Source: an uncultured bacterium (GTDB taxonomy: Bacteria; Patescibacteriota; Minisyncoccia; Moranbacterales; UBA2206). Taken from it: a stretch of 64,000 bases of DNA. This document shows, one piece after another, positions 39,860-49,734 of this stretch (within the stretch, counting starts at the first letter, position 1; every line of letters starts with the position of its first letter). The stretch lies in assembly GCA_903831805.1 (NCBI GenBank), contig CAIKZD010000007.1, forward strand, positions 7,886 to 71,885, written 5' to 3'. The notes below the pieces were generated by a model. It worked only from the letters and a program-made list of their open reading frames with translations, was not told the origin of the DNA and searched no databases. A program made the translations under genes and the position numbers.

Positions 39860-40411
39860 TTATACTAGGATAAAGCTCTCTATTTCCCGGAAAATTTCTT
39901 CTGAAATGTCCGATATGGTGGTCATTTCGTCGGCGGAAAATTTTCCCAGAACGAAATCGTGGGCGGTCGCTAAACGACAATCATTCGCATCTTCAGCTGA
40001 TTGACCGATGCCAATCCGCAATCGGCGGAATTTTTGGGTGCCGAGTTGGTCGATGATATTTTGTACGCCATTATGGCCGGCTGAAGAAGAATTGGTAGCC
40101 AGTTTAAATTTTCCCAAGGCGATATCCAGGTCGTCATGGATGATGAGCAGATCATCCGGCGTGAGTTTATAAAAACTCAAAATCGCTTGCGCGGCCACGC
40201 CGGAAAGATTCATGAAAGTTTGTGGTTTGACCAGGAGGATTTCTATACCATCAATTTGGCCTTTGGAAATTTCCGCTTGGAAATTTTTTTTGAATTCAAA
40301 ACTAGGGAAAGCATATTTTTCTTGGATTTTATCCACCAGGAAAAACCCGACATTATGACGAGTGCCGGCGTATTTATTTTCAGGATTGCCAAGACCTACA
40401 ATTAGTTTCAT
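39860..40411 (-). CDS. pth: Peptidyl-tRNA hydrolase
   Basis: LIVGLGNP..KY..TRHNVGF, KPQTFMNLSG, HDDLD, GHNG. Confidence 0.96.
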   Translation of the reverse strand: MKLIVGLGNPENKYAGTRHNVGFFLVDKIQEKYAFPSFEFKKNFQAEISKGQIDGIEILLVKPQTFMNLSGVAAQAILSFYKLTPDDLLIIHDDLDIALGKFKLATNSSSAGHNGVQNIIDQLGTQKFRRLRIGIGQSAEDANDCRLATAHDFVLGKFSADEMTTISDISEEIFREIESFILV

Positions 40412-40493
40412 AAACAAAAGATAATGTTTTAATTATGGATTTTTTAATTCACGTGCAATCAGTAAAATCATGCGTTAATCAGTGGTTCTGATT

Positions 40494-41948
40494 TTAATTG
40501 TTATAAGCGTTAGTATCTTTGGCGGCGGTATAATCGGCCACACTGTCCTCAGCCATATTATACTTGTTTATCAGATCTTTTCCAATGACCAAAACAATAT
40601 TGGCGGAAGAGTTGGTGATAATTTTGGCGTAATGGCTGTCTAAGCTGTAGGAAGCAGGGGCGGGTAGTTTGCCGGTCAATTCGCTCAAAGTGAAAGGCAT
40701 CGCGCCGTTAGTCAAATCATAAAGCATGCTATTCTCGAGGGTATTTTTATCCGGGGCGCTGAGGGTGATGACATTTTTATATCCGAAATTCTTTTGGAGC
40801 AAATTCTTGATGCGGAGGGGCACCGCCGCGTTGCCGCTTTGATTGATAATGGCGACTGTAGCATTTTCGCTGGCAATTTTGTCTCGCTTATTTTTTATTT
40901 CATTCAGATCAAAAATATTTTTCGCCAGCTCCTGGGTTTCGCTCCAATTGCCAACGCGGGGGATGAGCACGAAAGCCGGCAGGTTGTCAAAAGAGACATG
41001 GGAAACCTTGAGCAAGCTTTCACTGTTCCACGCGTCCAAGACAACATTGGTAATGTTAGCTGTGTCCAACTTCTTGACCAATTGTAAAAAGTCGCTCAAT
41101 TCTCCGTTGGAAATGTCCGTTTGGATATTGTTGGCCAGCGTGTCCAGGAGACTATTCAGTGCGACCGCATCTAGCAGCGTCCCGGTTGAGAAAGCTTTAT
41201 TTTTCACTGCCTGTAAGACTTGTTGCTGTCTTTTGGCTCGGCCGAAATCTCCTTGCGGGTCGTTGTGCCGCATGCGGGCGTATTTCAGCGCCGTGCTTCC
41301 GTCCAGGTGCTGCAAGCCTTTGGCTAGTTGGAAAGTTTCATAGCTATAGCCCGGTCCGGGATAAGTTGGATCTAGAATATCTCGTTCGTTCATGACATTT
41401 ATCCCGCCCAGCGTGTCGATGACTTTTTGAAAGCCGTCAAAGTTCACTACGGCCCAGTAATCCATATCCAAAGAAGTGATGGTCTTAATAGCTTTTTCCA
41501 TCGGCGCGATGGCTTGGATCTTATCCTCCGGATGGAGGCTAAGACCATGTTCGTACACGGAATTTATTTTGCCGGCGAAGTTTTCCTCGGGCAGTTCAAT
41601 GTATAGATCGCGCGGAATGGAAAACATGGCCACCTGGTCTGTTTTGGTGTTGATGCTTACTATCATGATAGTGTCAGTCAGATTCTTGCCGCCTTTTTCA
41701 CTGCCAGCGATGCCAAGGAGCAGGATATTGATCCGGCCGTCAGCCATGCCTTTCAGATTGATTGAATTTTGCGTGGCCAAGTTTTTGAAAGTATCCAGGA
41801 CCGAAGCTGTATTGTTATGATTGACATCGATTTTTTTCTCGACGGAGTTTATTTTCCACACAAAAAAAGAAGCATAGGCCGTCGCCGCCAGAAGGGCGAT
41901 GAGCGTCACCCCGAGAATGAATTTGAGAATATTTTTTTTCACAGGCAT
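40494..41948 (-). CDS. LCP (LytR-CpsA-Psr) family protein
   Basis: NILLLG, TDTIMI, SIPRDLY, ALKYARMRH..GDFGRAKRQQ. Confidence 0.93.
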   Translation of the reverse strand: MPVKKNILKFILGVTLIALLAATAYASFFVWKINSVEKKIDVNHNNTASVLDTFKNLATQNSINLKGMADGRINILLLGIAGSEKGGKNLTDTIMIVSINTKTDQVAMFSIPRDLYIELPEENFAGKINSVYEHGLSLHPEDKIQAIAPMEKAIKTITSLDMDYWAVVNFDGFQKVIDTLGGINVMNERDILDPTYPGPGYSYETFQLAKGLQHLDGSTALKYARMRHNDPQGDFGRAKRQQQVLQAVKNKAFSTGTLLDAVALNSLLDTLANNIQTDISNGELSDFLQLVKKLDTANITNVVLDAWNSESLLKVSHVSFDNLPAFVLIPRVGNWSETQELAKNIFDLNEIKNKRDKIASENATVAIINQSGNAAVPLRIKNLLQKNFGYKNVITLSAPDKNTLENSMLYDLTNGAMPFTLSELTGKLPAPASYSLDSHYAKIITNSSANIVLVIGKDLINKYNMAEDSVADYTAAKDTNAYNN

Positions 41949-42069
41949 TTGTTACTATAATAATCTGTTTCCGGCTAATGGTCAAACTATGGCCGAATCA
42001 AGCCAAAAAATACTATTGCCAGCAGGATAAAATCCTGTTAGAATAGATTGGTAATCAAGCGGAAAAAAT

Positions 42070-42714
42070 ATGCAAAACGAGCCTGAAAACAAGCCTTTTT
42101 TGTCCGAAGAAGGAGATGCGTCCAACTCTTACCAAAGCGTGGGCGGTTTCGTTTTAGAGGTGATAAAAATTATCATCCTAGCTTTTGTCATTATTTTCCC
42201 CATTCGAGTTTTTTTGTTCCAACCATTTTTCGTGCAAGGAGCTTCCATGGAGCCGAATTTTGAAGACGGACAATATTTGATTGTGAATGAATTTGGAGTT
42301 AAGGAAACGGATTTCAGTTTCAACTCACATGAGCTTTTGAAGATTGATCCTTTCAAAGAAATTCCTCGCCAAAGAGTGGTGGTTTTCCGCTATCCATTGG
42401 ACACGACCAAATTTTTCATCAAAAGAGTGATTGGGTTGCCGGGCGAAACGGTCAAAGTCAAAGACGGGCAAGTTACGATTTTCAACGCCGCGCACCCGGA
42501 CGGATTTGTGTTGGACGAGAAGAGCTATCTGCCGGTAGGACTGAAAACGGCCGGAGACTTGACCATTACGCTTAGTGATAAACAATATTTCATGTTAGGG
42601 GATAATCGCATGTTCAGTTCTGATTCGCGCTTTTGGGGACCGGTGCCAACGAGTGATATCGTGGGCGAAGTGGCTCTCCGAGCCTGGCCGCTGGATAAAA
42701 TTTCCATCTTTTAA
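42070..42714 (+). CDS. lepB: Signal peptidase I
   Basis: VQGASMEPNF, IKRVIGLPGE, GDNR..SSDSRFWG. Confidence 0.95.
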   Translation: MQNEPENKPFLSEEGDASNSYQSVGGFVLEVIKIIILAFVIIFPIRVFLFQPFFVQGASMEPNFEDGQYLIVNEFGVKETDFSFNSHELLKIDPFKEIPRQRVVVFRYPLDTTKFFIKRVIGLPGETVKVKDGQVTIFNAAHPDGFVLDEKSYLPVGLKTAGDLTITLSDKQYFMLGDNRMFSSDSRFWGPVPTSDIVGEVALRAWPLDKISIF

Positions 42715-42761
42715 GTCATAAAATATATTAATTCAACTTTATAACTTCTAACTCCAAGCTT

Positions 42762-44150
42762 ATGCTTCGTAAAAAAACAGTTACTAGTCCTAAAAAAATG
42801 CCTAAAGCCGGCAAAAAGGAGAAGGTCAAGGAAGAGCCACTCGTATTGCAATCTCTCCGCGGCATGAAAGATATTTTGCCGGCCAGTCAGCCGTACTGGG
42901 AGCAGGTTCGGCGCACGTCCGAGCGCTTGGCGCGTGACTATGGTTTTCTGCGAATGGACACTCCCTTGGTGGAGTACGCCAATCTTTTTACGCGTTCCAT
43001 CGGCGAGAGCACTGACATCGTGGAAAAAGAAATGTACACTTTCACCACGCGCGGCGGAGACAAGGTGGCACTGCGGCCCGAACTCACAGCCGGCAATTGC
43101 CGCAGCTACATCCAGAACGGGATGCAAGTCATGGCCAAACCGGTCAAGATTTTTTCCACTGGTCCGGTTTATCGCTATGACCGGCCGCAAGAAGGCCGAT
43201 TTCGCGAACATTATCAAGTCAACTTTGACGCCTATGGGGAACAAGATTCAATTTTGGATGCTCAGATGATTCAGATTGCCAGTCGCTTGGTGCAAGCCTT
43301 GGGCATTAAAGCTATTCAACTGCAAGTCAATTCCATCGGTTGCCCGGTTTGTCGCAAAAGCTATAAAGATCTTTTGGTCAGCTATCTCGAATCGAAAAAA
43401 ACCCGACTGTGCCAAGATTGCAAAAGACGGCTGGCTACCAATCCTTTGCGTGTTTTGGATTGCAAGGAAGATAAGTGTTTTCAAGTCGCCGTTTCGGCGC
43501 CGCAATCTGTCGATCACTTATGTGAAGATTGTCGGGTACATTTCCGGACACTACTGGAATATCTTGACGAACTGGATCTGCTCTACACGATCAATCCGCG
43601 GCTGGTGCGGGGTCTAGACTATTACACCAAGACGGTTTTTGAAATTTGGTCGGCGTCAGAAGAAGGGAAGAAACTTTCTTTGGGCGGCGGCGGGCGCTAT
43701 GATAATTTGATGAAGGCTATTGGCGGAGAAGATACTCCGGCCATCGGTTTTGCCATCGGCGTGGAACGCATCATCGAAGAGATGAAGCGCGTGCAAGCCA
43801 AGCCGTACAAACCGCCGCGTCCAAAAGTGTTTTTGGCGCAGCTTGGAGCCTTAGCTAAGAAAAAAAGCTTGCGGATGTTTTCCGATTTGGAGAAGAATGG
43901 CATTTTGGTGGCGGAAAGTTTCGGTCGTGGCAGTTTGAAATCGCAATTAAAAGTGGCCAACCGCTTGGGCGTGGAAATCACCTTGATTTTGGGGCAGAAA
44001 GAAACGCTGGATGGAACTGTAATAGTGAAGAATATGAGTACCGGCGCACAAGAAACAATCAGTGCGGAAAAACTGGTGGATCTCATTAAGAAAAAACTCA
44101 AAACGGATAATGTGATTACCTATCACAACAATCCCGGTCACACGAATTAA
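42762..44150 (+). CDS. hisS: Histidyl-tRNA synthetase
   Basis: RGMKDILP, KEMYTF, LRPELTA, RYDRPQEGRFRE, LVRGLDYY, GGGRYD. Confidence 0.96.
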   Translation: MLRKKTVTSPKKMPKAGKKEKVKEEPLVLQSLRGMKDILPASQPYWEQVRRTSERLARDYGFLRMDTPLVEYANLFTRSIGESTDIVEKEMYTFTTRGGDKVALRPELTAGNCRSYIQNGMQVMAKPVKIFSTGPVYRYDRPQEGRFREHYQVNFDAYGEQDSILDAQMIQIASRLVQALGIKAIQLQVNSIGCPVCRKSYKDLLVSYLESKKTRLCQDCKRRLATNPLRVLDCKEDKCFQVAVSAPQSVDHLCEDCRVHFRTLLEYLDELDLLYTINPRLVRGLDYYTKTVFEIWSASEEGKKLSLGGGGRYDNLMKAIGGEDTPAIGFAIGVERIIEEMKRVQAKPYKPPRPKVFLAQLGALAKKKSLRMFSDLEKNGILVAESFGRGSLKSQLKVANRLGVEITLILGQKETLDGTVIVKNMSTGAQETISAEKLVDLIKKKLKTDNVITYHNNPGHTN

Positions 44151-44166
44151 AATCCAGAGTGTCTAT

Positions 44167-44511
44167 ATGTGCGTTTTTTGCCAAATAATCAAAAAAGAAA
44201 TTCCAGCCGAGATTGTTCATGAAGATGCGGAAGTTTTGGCGTTTAAGGATGTTCGGCCTGTTGCGCCAGTACACATTTTGATTATCCCCAAAAAACATCT
44301 GGCCAGTATTAATGATTTGACTGAAGAAGATGTTGGATTGGCAGGAAAATTGATCCTGACAGCGCGCACTTTGGCGCAGAAGTTTGACATTTCCGAGAAA
44401 GGGTATAAACTACTGTTTCGGGTGGGAAGTGACGGCGGGCAAGAAGTGCCGCACATCCATTTGCATCTGATCGGCGGCGCAAAACTGACTGAGGATATCC
44501 ATCCGGCGTAA
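44167..44511 (+). CDS. HIT family nucleotide-binding protein
   Basis: CVFCQII, GQEVPHIHLHLIGG. Confidence 0.93.
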   Translation: MCVFCQIIKKEIPAEIVHEDAEVLAFKDVRPVAPVHILIIPKKHLASINDLTEEDVGLAGKLILTARTLAQKFDISEKGYKLLFRVGSDGGQEVPHIHLHLIGGAKLTEDIHPA

Positions 44512-44611
44512 GTGCGGGTTGGAATTAAAATTAACAATTGATAGATTTTGTATTAAACTTCATGACTTACGATGGGTAGCTCATGATTATAAATTAGATA
44601 GGAGGTTATTT

Positions 44612-44869
44612 ATGATTGAAGAAAAAAGAAAGAACAGAGAATCGACGGAAAGTTTGATCCGCCGTTTCAGCCGGCGCGTGAGACAATCCGGTGTTTTGAT
44701 GCAGGCCAGAAAATCCCGCTTCAGGACCAAGGATAAGACGAAACGCGAAATGATTAGCGGCGCGCTGTACAAAGAAAAAGTGCGCAAAGTGGTCAATAAA
44801 CTCAAGAAAATGGGCAAATTTGAAGAAGAAAACTTTCGCAACGTTAAAAAGAAACTCATTAAAAAATAA
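44612..44869 (+). CDS. rpsU: 30S ribosomal protein S21
   Basis: ESTESLIRRFSRRVRQSG; aggagg RBS; followed by yqeY as usual. Confidence 0.75.
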   Translation: MIEEKRKNRESTESLIRRFSRRVRQSGVLMQARKSRFRTKDKTKREMISGALYKEKVRKVVNKLKKMGKFEEENFRNVKKKLIKK

Positions 44870-44875
44870 AATTAT

Positions 44876-45328
44876 ATGGGTCTTAAACAGCAAATTTTAG
44901 AAGATTTGAAAACGGCCATGAAAGCCGGCGATACGGTCAAGCGCGACACTCTGCGCATGTTCGATTCGATGATCAAAAATGTCGAGATTGAAAAAAAGAA
45001 ACGTGAAGAGGGGCTGTCCGACGCCGAAGTACAAGAAGTGGCTATGCGCGCAGTGAAGCAACGGCGTGATGCGGCGGAGCAATATAAGGCGGGTGGACGC
45101 GAAGATTTGGTGGAAAAAGAAAACGCCGAAATCGCAATCCTCCTTGGCTATATGCCGTCTCAAATGAGTGAAGCCGAAGCGACCGCCGAAATTGAAAAGA
45201 TTATCGCGAGCCTCGGAGTCACTTCCAAAGCCGATATCGGGAAAGTGATGGGCGCCGCCATGGGAGCGCTCAAAGGCCAAATTGATGGCAACCTGGTGAA
45301 AAAGATTGTGGAAGAAAAATTGCAATAG
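44876..45328 (+). CDS. GatB/YqeY domain protein
   Basis: DLKTAMKAGD, KQRRDAAEQY..GGREDL..KE, YMPSQMS. Confidence 0.92.
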   Translation: MGLKQQILEDLKTAMKAGDTVKRDTLRMFDSMIKNVEIEKKKREEGLSDAEVQEVAMRAVKQRRDAAEQYKAGGREDLVEKENAEIAILLGYMPSQMSEAEATAEIEKIIASLGVTSKADIGKVMGAAMGALKGQIDGNLVKKIVEEKLQ

Positions 45329-45407
45329 AAAGAGAAGCTATAAAAAAACAGTACTATGTAAAAGGTACTGTTTTTTTGTGTTTCAGCAAGCTAAATTTGA
45401 TAAAACT

Positions 45408-46775
45408 ATGAATAATAATAATGATTTGACGCAAGGGGATATCGCTTGGCAGATACGGATGATTGCCATTCCGGCCAGCGTGGGATTTTTTTTCAATACG
45501 ATGTATAACGTGGTGGATACCTATTTTGGCGGACTGGTTTCCACTTCGGCTTTGGCGGCGCTGTCGCTGTCTTTTCCGGTTTTTTTCATCATCATCGCTT
45601 TCGGGATGGGCATTTCCACCGGCGCCACAGCGCTCATTGCCAATGCGCTGGGAGAAAAAGATGAAAAAAAAGCCCGGATCTATGCTTTGCAATCTATCAG
45701 TTTTTCCATCATTGTCGGACTGTTTTTGACCGTGGGTGGCTATTTTCTCGCCCCCTATCTGTTTCGACTTCTGGGAGCCGAAGGGGAATATCTGGCCATT
45801 GCCGTCAGCTATATGAACATCATTCTTCTTGGTTCAGTTTTTTTCGGCCTGACCTTTGTCATTAACGGGATTTTGAACGCCGAAGGTGACACGAAAACTT
45901 TTCGCAATTTTTTGATTGTCGGTTTTTTCCTTAATTGTCTTTTAGACCCGTGGTTCATGTTTGGTTGGTTGGGTTTTCCCGCCCTTGGCCTGCCCGGCGT
46001 GGCGTGGGCCACTTTCTTGATTCAAATAATCGGCGTGGCCTATATGGGGCGAGTGCTCATCACGAAGGACATTTTTTGCCGGGATTGTGCGAGCTTGTTC
46101 TATCCGCAGAAAAAATATTTTCAAGAGATTGCCGCGCAAGGTTTCCCGGCCAGCCTTAATATGCTGACGGTGGCCATCGGAATTTTCATCATCACGTATT
46201 TCATCGCCCCTTTCGGCCGCTCCGCCGTGGCGGCCTATGGAGCGGCGACCCGCATTGATCAAATCGCCCTTTTGCCGTCCATCGGACTTAATGTGGCCAC
46301 TTTGACTTTGATCGGTCAGAACAACGGCGCCAAAAAGTTTGCGCGTTGCGTCGAAGTTTTCAAAAAAGTTATGCGCTACGGTTTTTTTCTGTCTATAATC
46401 GGCACAGCGGCGGCTTATCTTTTTGCCCGCCCGCTACTCATTATTTTCACGCGTGACGAGCAAGTGTTGTCTATCGGGGTGCACTATCTGCACATTTCCG
46501 TTTTCATCTACTGGGCCTACGTCATTTTGTTCATGGCAGTGTCCGCCGTCCAGGGTCTCAAAAAACCCAACTTTGCATTGTGGATCGGAGCTTATCGCCA
46601 AATTTTGGCCCCGGTCATTTTTTTCTACATCTTCAGTCAGCTTCTTGGCTGGGGCATCGACGGCGTCTGGTGGGGCATCTTCACCATCAACTGGACCGCC
46701 ACGGTCATTTCGCTTTTCTATGTCAGGAAAGTGATGAAAAATATTTTCCCGAAGGAGGTGGCGAAAGAGATTTGA
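45408..46775 (+). CDS. MATE family efflux transporter
   Basis: DLTQG, MYNVVDTYF, GDTKT, GQNNGAK; about 12 TM. Confidence 0.92.
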   Translation: MNNNNDLTQGDIAWQIRMIAIPASVGFFFNTMYNVVDTYFGGLVSTSALAALSLSFPVFFIIIAFGMGISTGATALIANALGEKDEKKARIYALQSISFSIIVGLFLTVGGYFLAPYLFRLLGAEGEYLAIAVSYMNIILLGSVFFGLTFVINGILNAEGDTKTFRNFLIVGFFLNCLLDPWFMFGWLGFPALGLPGVAWATFLIQIIGVAYMGRVLITKDIFCRDCASLFYPQKKYFQEIAAQGFPASLNMLTVAIGIFIITYFIAPFGRSAVAAYGAATRIDQIALLPSIGLNVATLTLIGQNNGAKKFARCVEVFKKVMRYGFFLSIIGTAAAYLFARPLLIIFTRDEQVLSIGVHYLHISVFIYWAYVILFMAVSAVQGLKKPNFALWIGAYRQILAPVIFFYIFSQLLGWGIDGVWWGIFTINWTATVISLFYVRKVMKNIFPKEVAKEI

Positions 46776-46937
46776 AAAAAGCAAAGTCGGCGGTTTTCAT
46801 TGACATATACTCGCTAGTGAGCTATGTTAGTTTAAACAAATCAAATGATTTGTTTGGTAACATTTCTTTAATAATTCGATAATAACAGTGCTTGTGCAGG
46901 TAAAAGTAGGTTAATTTTCAATTGAAAAGGAGAAGCT

Positions 46938-47477
46938 ATGGACACTATTGATGTTATGATTTTTATTGGCAGTGATTCTGATTTGCCGATAATGTCAAAA
47001 GCCGGAGAGGTGTTTGACGGTTTGGGTATTGAATGGAGAATGCGCATTACGAGTGCTCACCGTACGTCTGATCGTACGCCCGTACTTGTTCGAGATGCTA
47101 TGAATGCCAGATGCAAAATTTTTATCTGTGGCGCTGGTATGGCAGCTCATCTGGCGGGAGCGGTGGCAGCTCAAACAATTCTTCCGGTTATTGGAGTACC
47201 ACTAACTTCAGAATCATCTCCTTTGGGTGGTATGGATGCGTTGCTTGCTACGGTGCAAATGCCACCAGGCATCCCCGTGGCTACGATGCCAATCAATGGG
47301 GCAAAGAATGCCGCTTGGCACGCCGCGCAAATTCTTGCGCTGAATAACGAAGGACTATACCAACGGCTTGTACAAGCTCGGATAGACATGCAATATGAAA
47401 TAGAGTTTAAGGATGAAGAACTTCAAAGTGAATTGGCCCAAAGATGGCTGGCAAAAAATGCTAAAAAGGAGGCGTGA
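46938..47477 (+). CDS. purE: N5-CAIR mutase / AIR carboxylase
   Basis: GSDSD, SAHRT, AGMAAHLAG, PVIGVP, QMPPGIPVAT. Confidence 0.95.
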   Translation: MDTIDVMIFIGSDSDLPIMSKAGEVFDGLGIEWRMRITSAHRTSDRTPVLVRDAMNARCKIFICGAGMAAHLAGAVAAQTILPVIGVPLTSESSPLGGMDALLATVQMPPGIPVATMPINGAKNAAWHAAQILALNNEGLYQRLVQARIDMQYEIEFKDEELQSELAQRWLAKNAKKEA

Positions 47478-48422
47478 ATGAAAACAATCATTGAAACCAA
47501 TTGTCCCGATCTGACACTCGTACATCGAGGAAAGGTTAGGGATATGTGTGCGATTCCTGGACATGCCGACAAACTGTTGATGGTGGCGACGGATCGGATC
47601 TCGGCTTATGATGTGGTGATGAATGAGCCGATTCCTGGCAAAGGAAAAAACTTGACCCAGTTGTCTCTGTTCTGGTTTGATCTGTTGGAAGGCGTCGTTG
47701 ACAATCATTTGATCACCGCTGATGTCAATAAATATCCGGAAATTTGTCGGCAGTATGCTGATCAGCTGGAAGGTCGCTCGATGTTGGTGTGGAAAACTAA
47801 ACCGCTACCGATTGAGTGTATTGTGCGTGGCTATATTTCCGGTTCATTCTGGAGCGATTTCTTAAAAGCGCCGATTCAAGGTGGCTGTGATGGCTCGTTT
47901 AAATGGGTCAATGGCTTTAAAGTTCCGGGAAGAATATTGGAATCTGAAAGACTTCCGCAGCCGTTATTCACCCCGTCGACCAAGGCCGCATTGGGCGATC
48001 ATGACGAGAATATTTCTCTGGCCGAGGCTGGAAGAATTGTCGGAAAAAATTTCGCTGACCAAGCGGCCAAAATTTCAACGACACTCTATCAGTATGCGGC
48101 TGACTATGCCCTCCGTAGAGGCATCATTATTGCCGATACGAAATTCGAACTGGGCAAGAAAGACGGGAAATTGATGCTGATTGATGAAGTCTTGACTCCG
48201 GATTCGTCCCGCTTCTGGCCGGTGGATAAGTATAAGGTAGGATGTGGCCAGCCCAGCTTTGATAAGCAGTATTTGCGGGATTATCTCCAAACCTTGGTTG
48301 ATACTGGGAAATGGAATAAGAAATCGCCGCCTCCGGAATTGCCTTTTGCAATAATCCCGGAGACACAGCAGCGCTATGAGGAAGCCCTGCGACGCATTGC
48401 CGGTCCTGCCGCCGGTGTCTGA
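47478..48422 (+). CDS. purC: SAICAR synthetase
   Basis: GKVRD, TDRISAYD, IIIADTKFELG, DEVLTPDSSRFW. Confidence 0.95.
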   Translation: MKTIIETNCPDLTLVHRGKVRDMCAIPGHADKLLMVATDRISAYDVVMNEPIPGKGKNLTQLSLFWFDLLEGVVDNHLITADVNKYPEICRQYADQLEGRSMLVWKTKPLPIECIVRGYISGSFWSDFLKAPIQGGCDGSFKWVNGFKVPGRILESERLPQPLFTPSTKAALGDHDENISLAEAGRIVGKNFADQAAKISTTLYQYAADYALRRGIIIADTKFELGKKDGKLMLIDEVLTPDSSRFWPVDKYKVGCGQPSFDKQYLRDYLQTLVDTGKWNKKSPPPELPFAIIPETQQRYEEALRRIAGPAAGV

Positions 48423-48563
48423 TGTTCAATTCTCTGTAGTACTTTTTTTCAGGCGTTGGAAGAGATTTTATCTTCCAGCGCCTTTTTATTTTTGCCAAAC
48501 GGCTATAAAAAGCGTAAAATAGCGGTAAGGAGTATATTCCTTACCAGGAAATAACTAAAAAAT

Positions 48564-49286
48564 ATGCCAAGGAGAAAATTAGAAACAGTGACGCTTCTGG
48601 GAATTGATTGCTTAGATTTGGATCGATTGGTTTTGGCAATGGATATATGCCAACGAGAATTGGAATTTGCTGAGGTAAAGATTCTTACGTCCCTGGAGTC
48701 TAGCCGAAAAGAAGTGGTTAAGATAGATCCGATAAATTCTACCGAAGGATACTCAAAATTTGTTTTGTCTGAGCTGGATAAATACGTCAATACTTCTCAT
48801 GTCCTCATCGTGCAGTATGACGGATTTGTTCTAAATACTTCGAAGTGGACGGATGAATTTTTGAAATATGATTATATAGGCGCGCCATGGTTAGTGGCGG
48901 ATTGGTCAGTCAAAGGTTTTGATTTTCCCGAGGAACTTCTTGGTAAGTTGGTGGTGGGCAATGGTGGTTTCAGTCTACGGAGCAAAAAGATGACTTCTCT
49001 TTGTGCGAAGATTTTCCGAGAGGGCGGCTTTCCAAGATTCCATCCGGAAGATACAGCGATTGGAGTATACAGTCGGAAACTCTTAGAAGACAGTGGAATA
49101 AATTTTGCACCGACTAAATTAGCAAAACAATTTAGTTTTGAATATAGGGACGATAAGGATAGTCGATGGAATGGCCAATTTGGTTTCCATGGTCTAAGGT
49201 GGACAGATATTTCAAATTGGCTAGAAAAAAATCCAGAATATGTTGTGGATATGGAGAATGGGGCTATAAAGGTGGTGAAAAAATAG
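48564..49286 (+). CDS. DUF5672-like putative glycosyltransferase
   Basis: LIVQYDGFV, YDYIGAPW, VGNGGFSLRS, PED, FGFHG. Confidence 0.8.
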   Translation: MPRRKLETVTLLGIDCLDLDRLVLAMDICQRELEFAEVKILTSLESSRKEVVKIDPINSTEGYSKFVLSELDKYVNTSHVLIVQYDGFVLNTSKWTDEFLKYDYIGAPWLVADWSVKGFDFPEELLGKLVVGNGGFSLRSKKMTSLCAKIFREGGFPRFHPEDTAIGVYSRKLLEDSGINFAPTKLAKQFSFEYRDDKDSRWNGQFGFHGLRWTDISNWLEKNPEYVVDMENGAIKVVKK

Positions 49287-49306
49287 TTAGGATAAATTTT
49301 TATATT

Positions 49307-49523
49307 GTGAAAAAAATTACATTCGTAACCGGGAATCAGAAAAAGGCTGATTATCTGGCGGCGCATTTGGGTTTTCCTCTTTTGCACAAGAAGCCCAGAG
49401 GGCTATGATATTACGCGAGCGCAAATGAACGAAGAAGATGACCGAAAAACATATTTAAGAATAAAGCCATTTCAAAAAATGAAAAAGTTTTTTATGGATA
49501 TGGATCAATCTAAGCCCTTTTGA
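49307..49523 (+). pseudogene. Remnant of Ham1/RdgB-type NTP pyrophosphatase
   Basis: KKITFVTGNQKKADYL N-terminal motif, early stop, then a C-terminus-like AQMNEEDD...R.KPFQKMKKF segment. Confidence 0.6.
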
Positions 49524-49548
49524 CATCCCTCTATAAATTGTGTAAAGT
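49520..49548 (+). promoter_or_regulatory. Sigma70 promoter for cys leader/cysteine synthase
   Basis: TTGACA-17 bp-TAAAGT, 12 nt before the leader ATG. Confidence 0.7.
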
Positions 49549-49560
49549 CAAAATAACGCT

Positions 49561-49641
49561 ATGAAAAATAATCTAAATAAAAAAGTCCAAGTAGTCTGTT
49601 GCTGTCTCGAAACATACACTTCGAGAATTTTTTGTTGTTGA
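49561..49641 (+). CDS. Cys-rich leader peptide (26 aa)
   Basis: MKNNLNKKVQVVCCCLETYTSRIFCC*, directly upstream of cysteine synthase. Confidence 0.8.
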   Translation: MKNNLNKKVQVVCCCLETYTSRIFCC

Positions 49642-49677
49642 CTTAGATAGCTTCTGAATAAATAAGTAAACCGGAAT

Positions 49678-49700
49678 TCTCGAGATGATCGAGATTTTTT
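49678..49700 (+). terminator. Putative attenuator terminator
   Basis: tctcga-gatga-tcgaga-tttttt; its 5' arm can alternatively pair with tcgagaatt (49621-49629). Confidence 0.7.
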
Positions 49701-49734
49701 AATTTTTAAAACATAAATATATTAAATTAAACAT

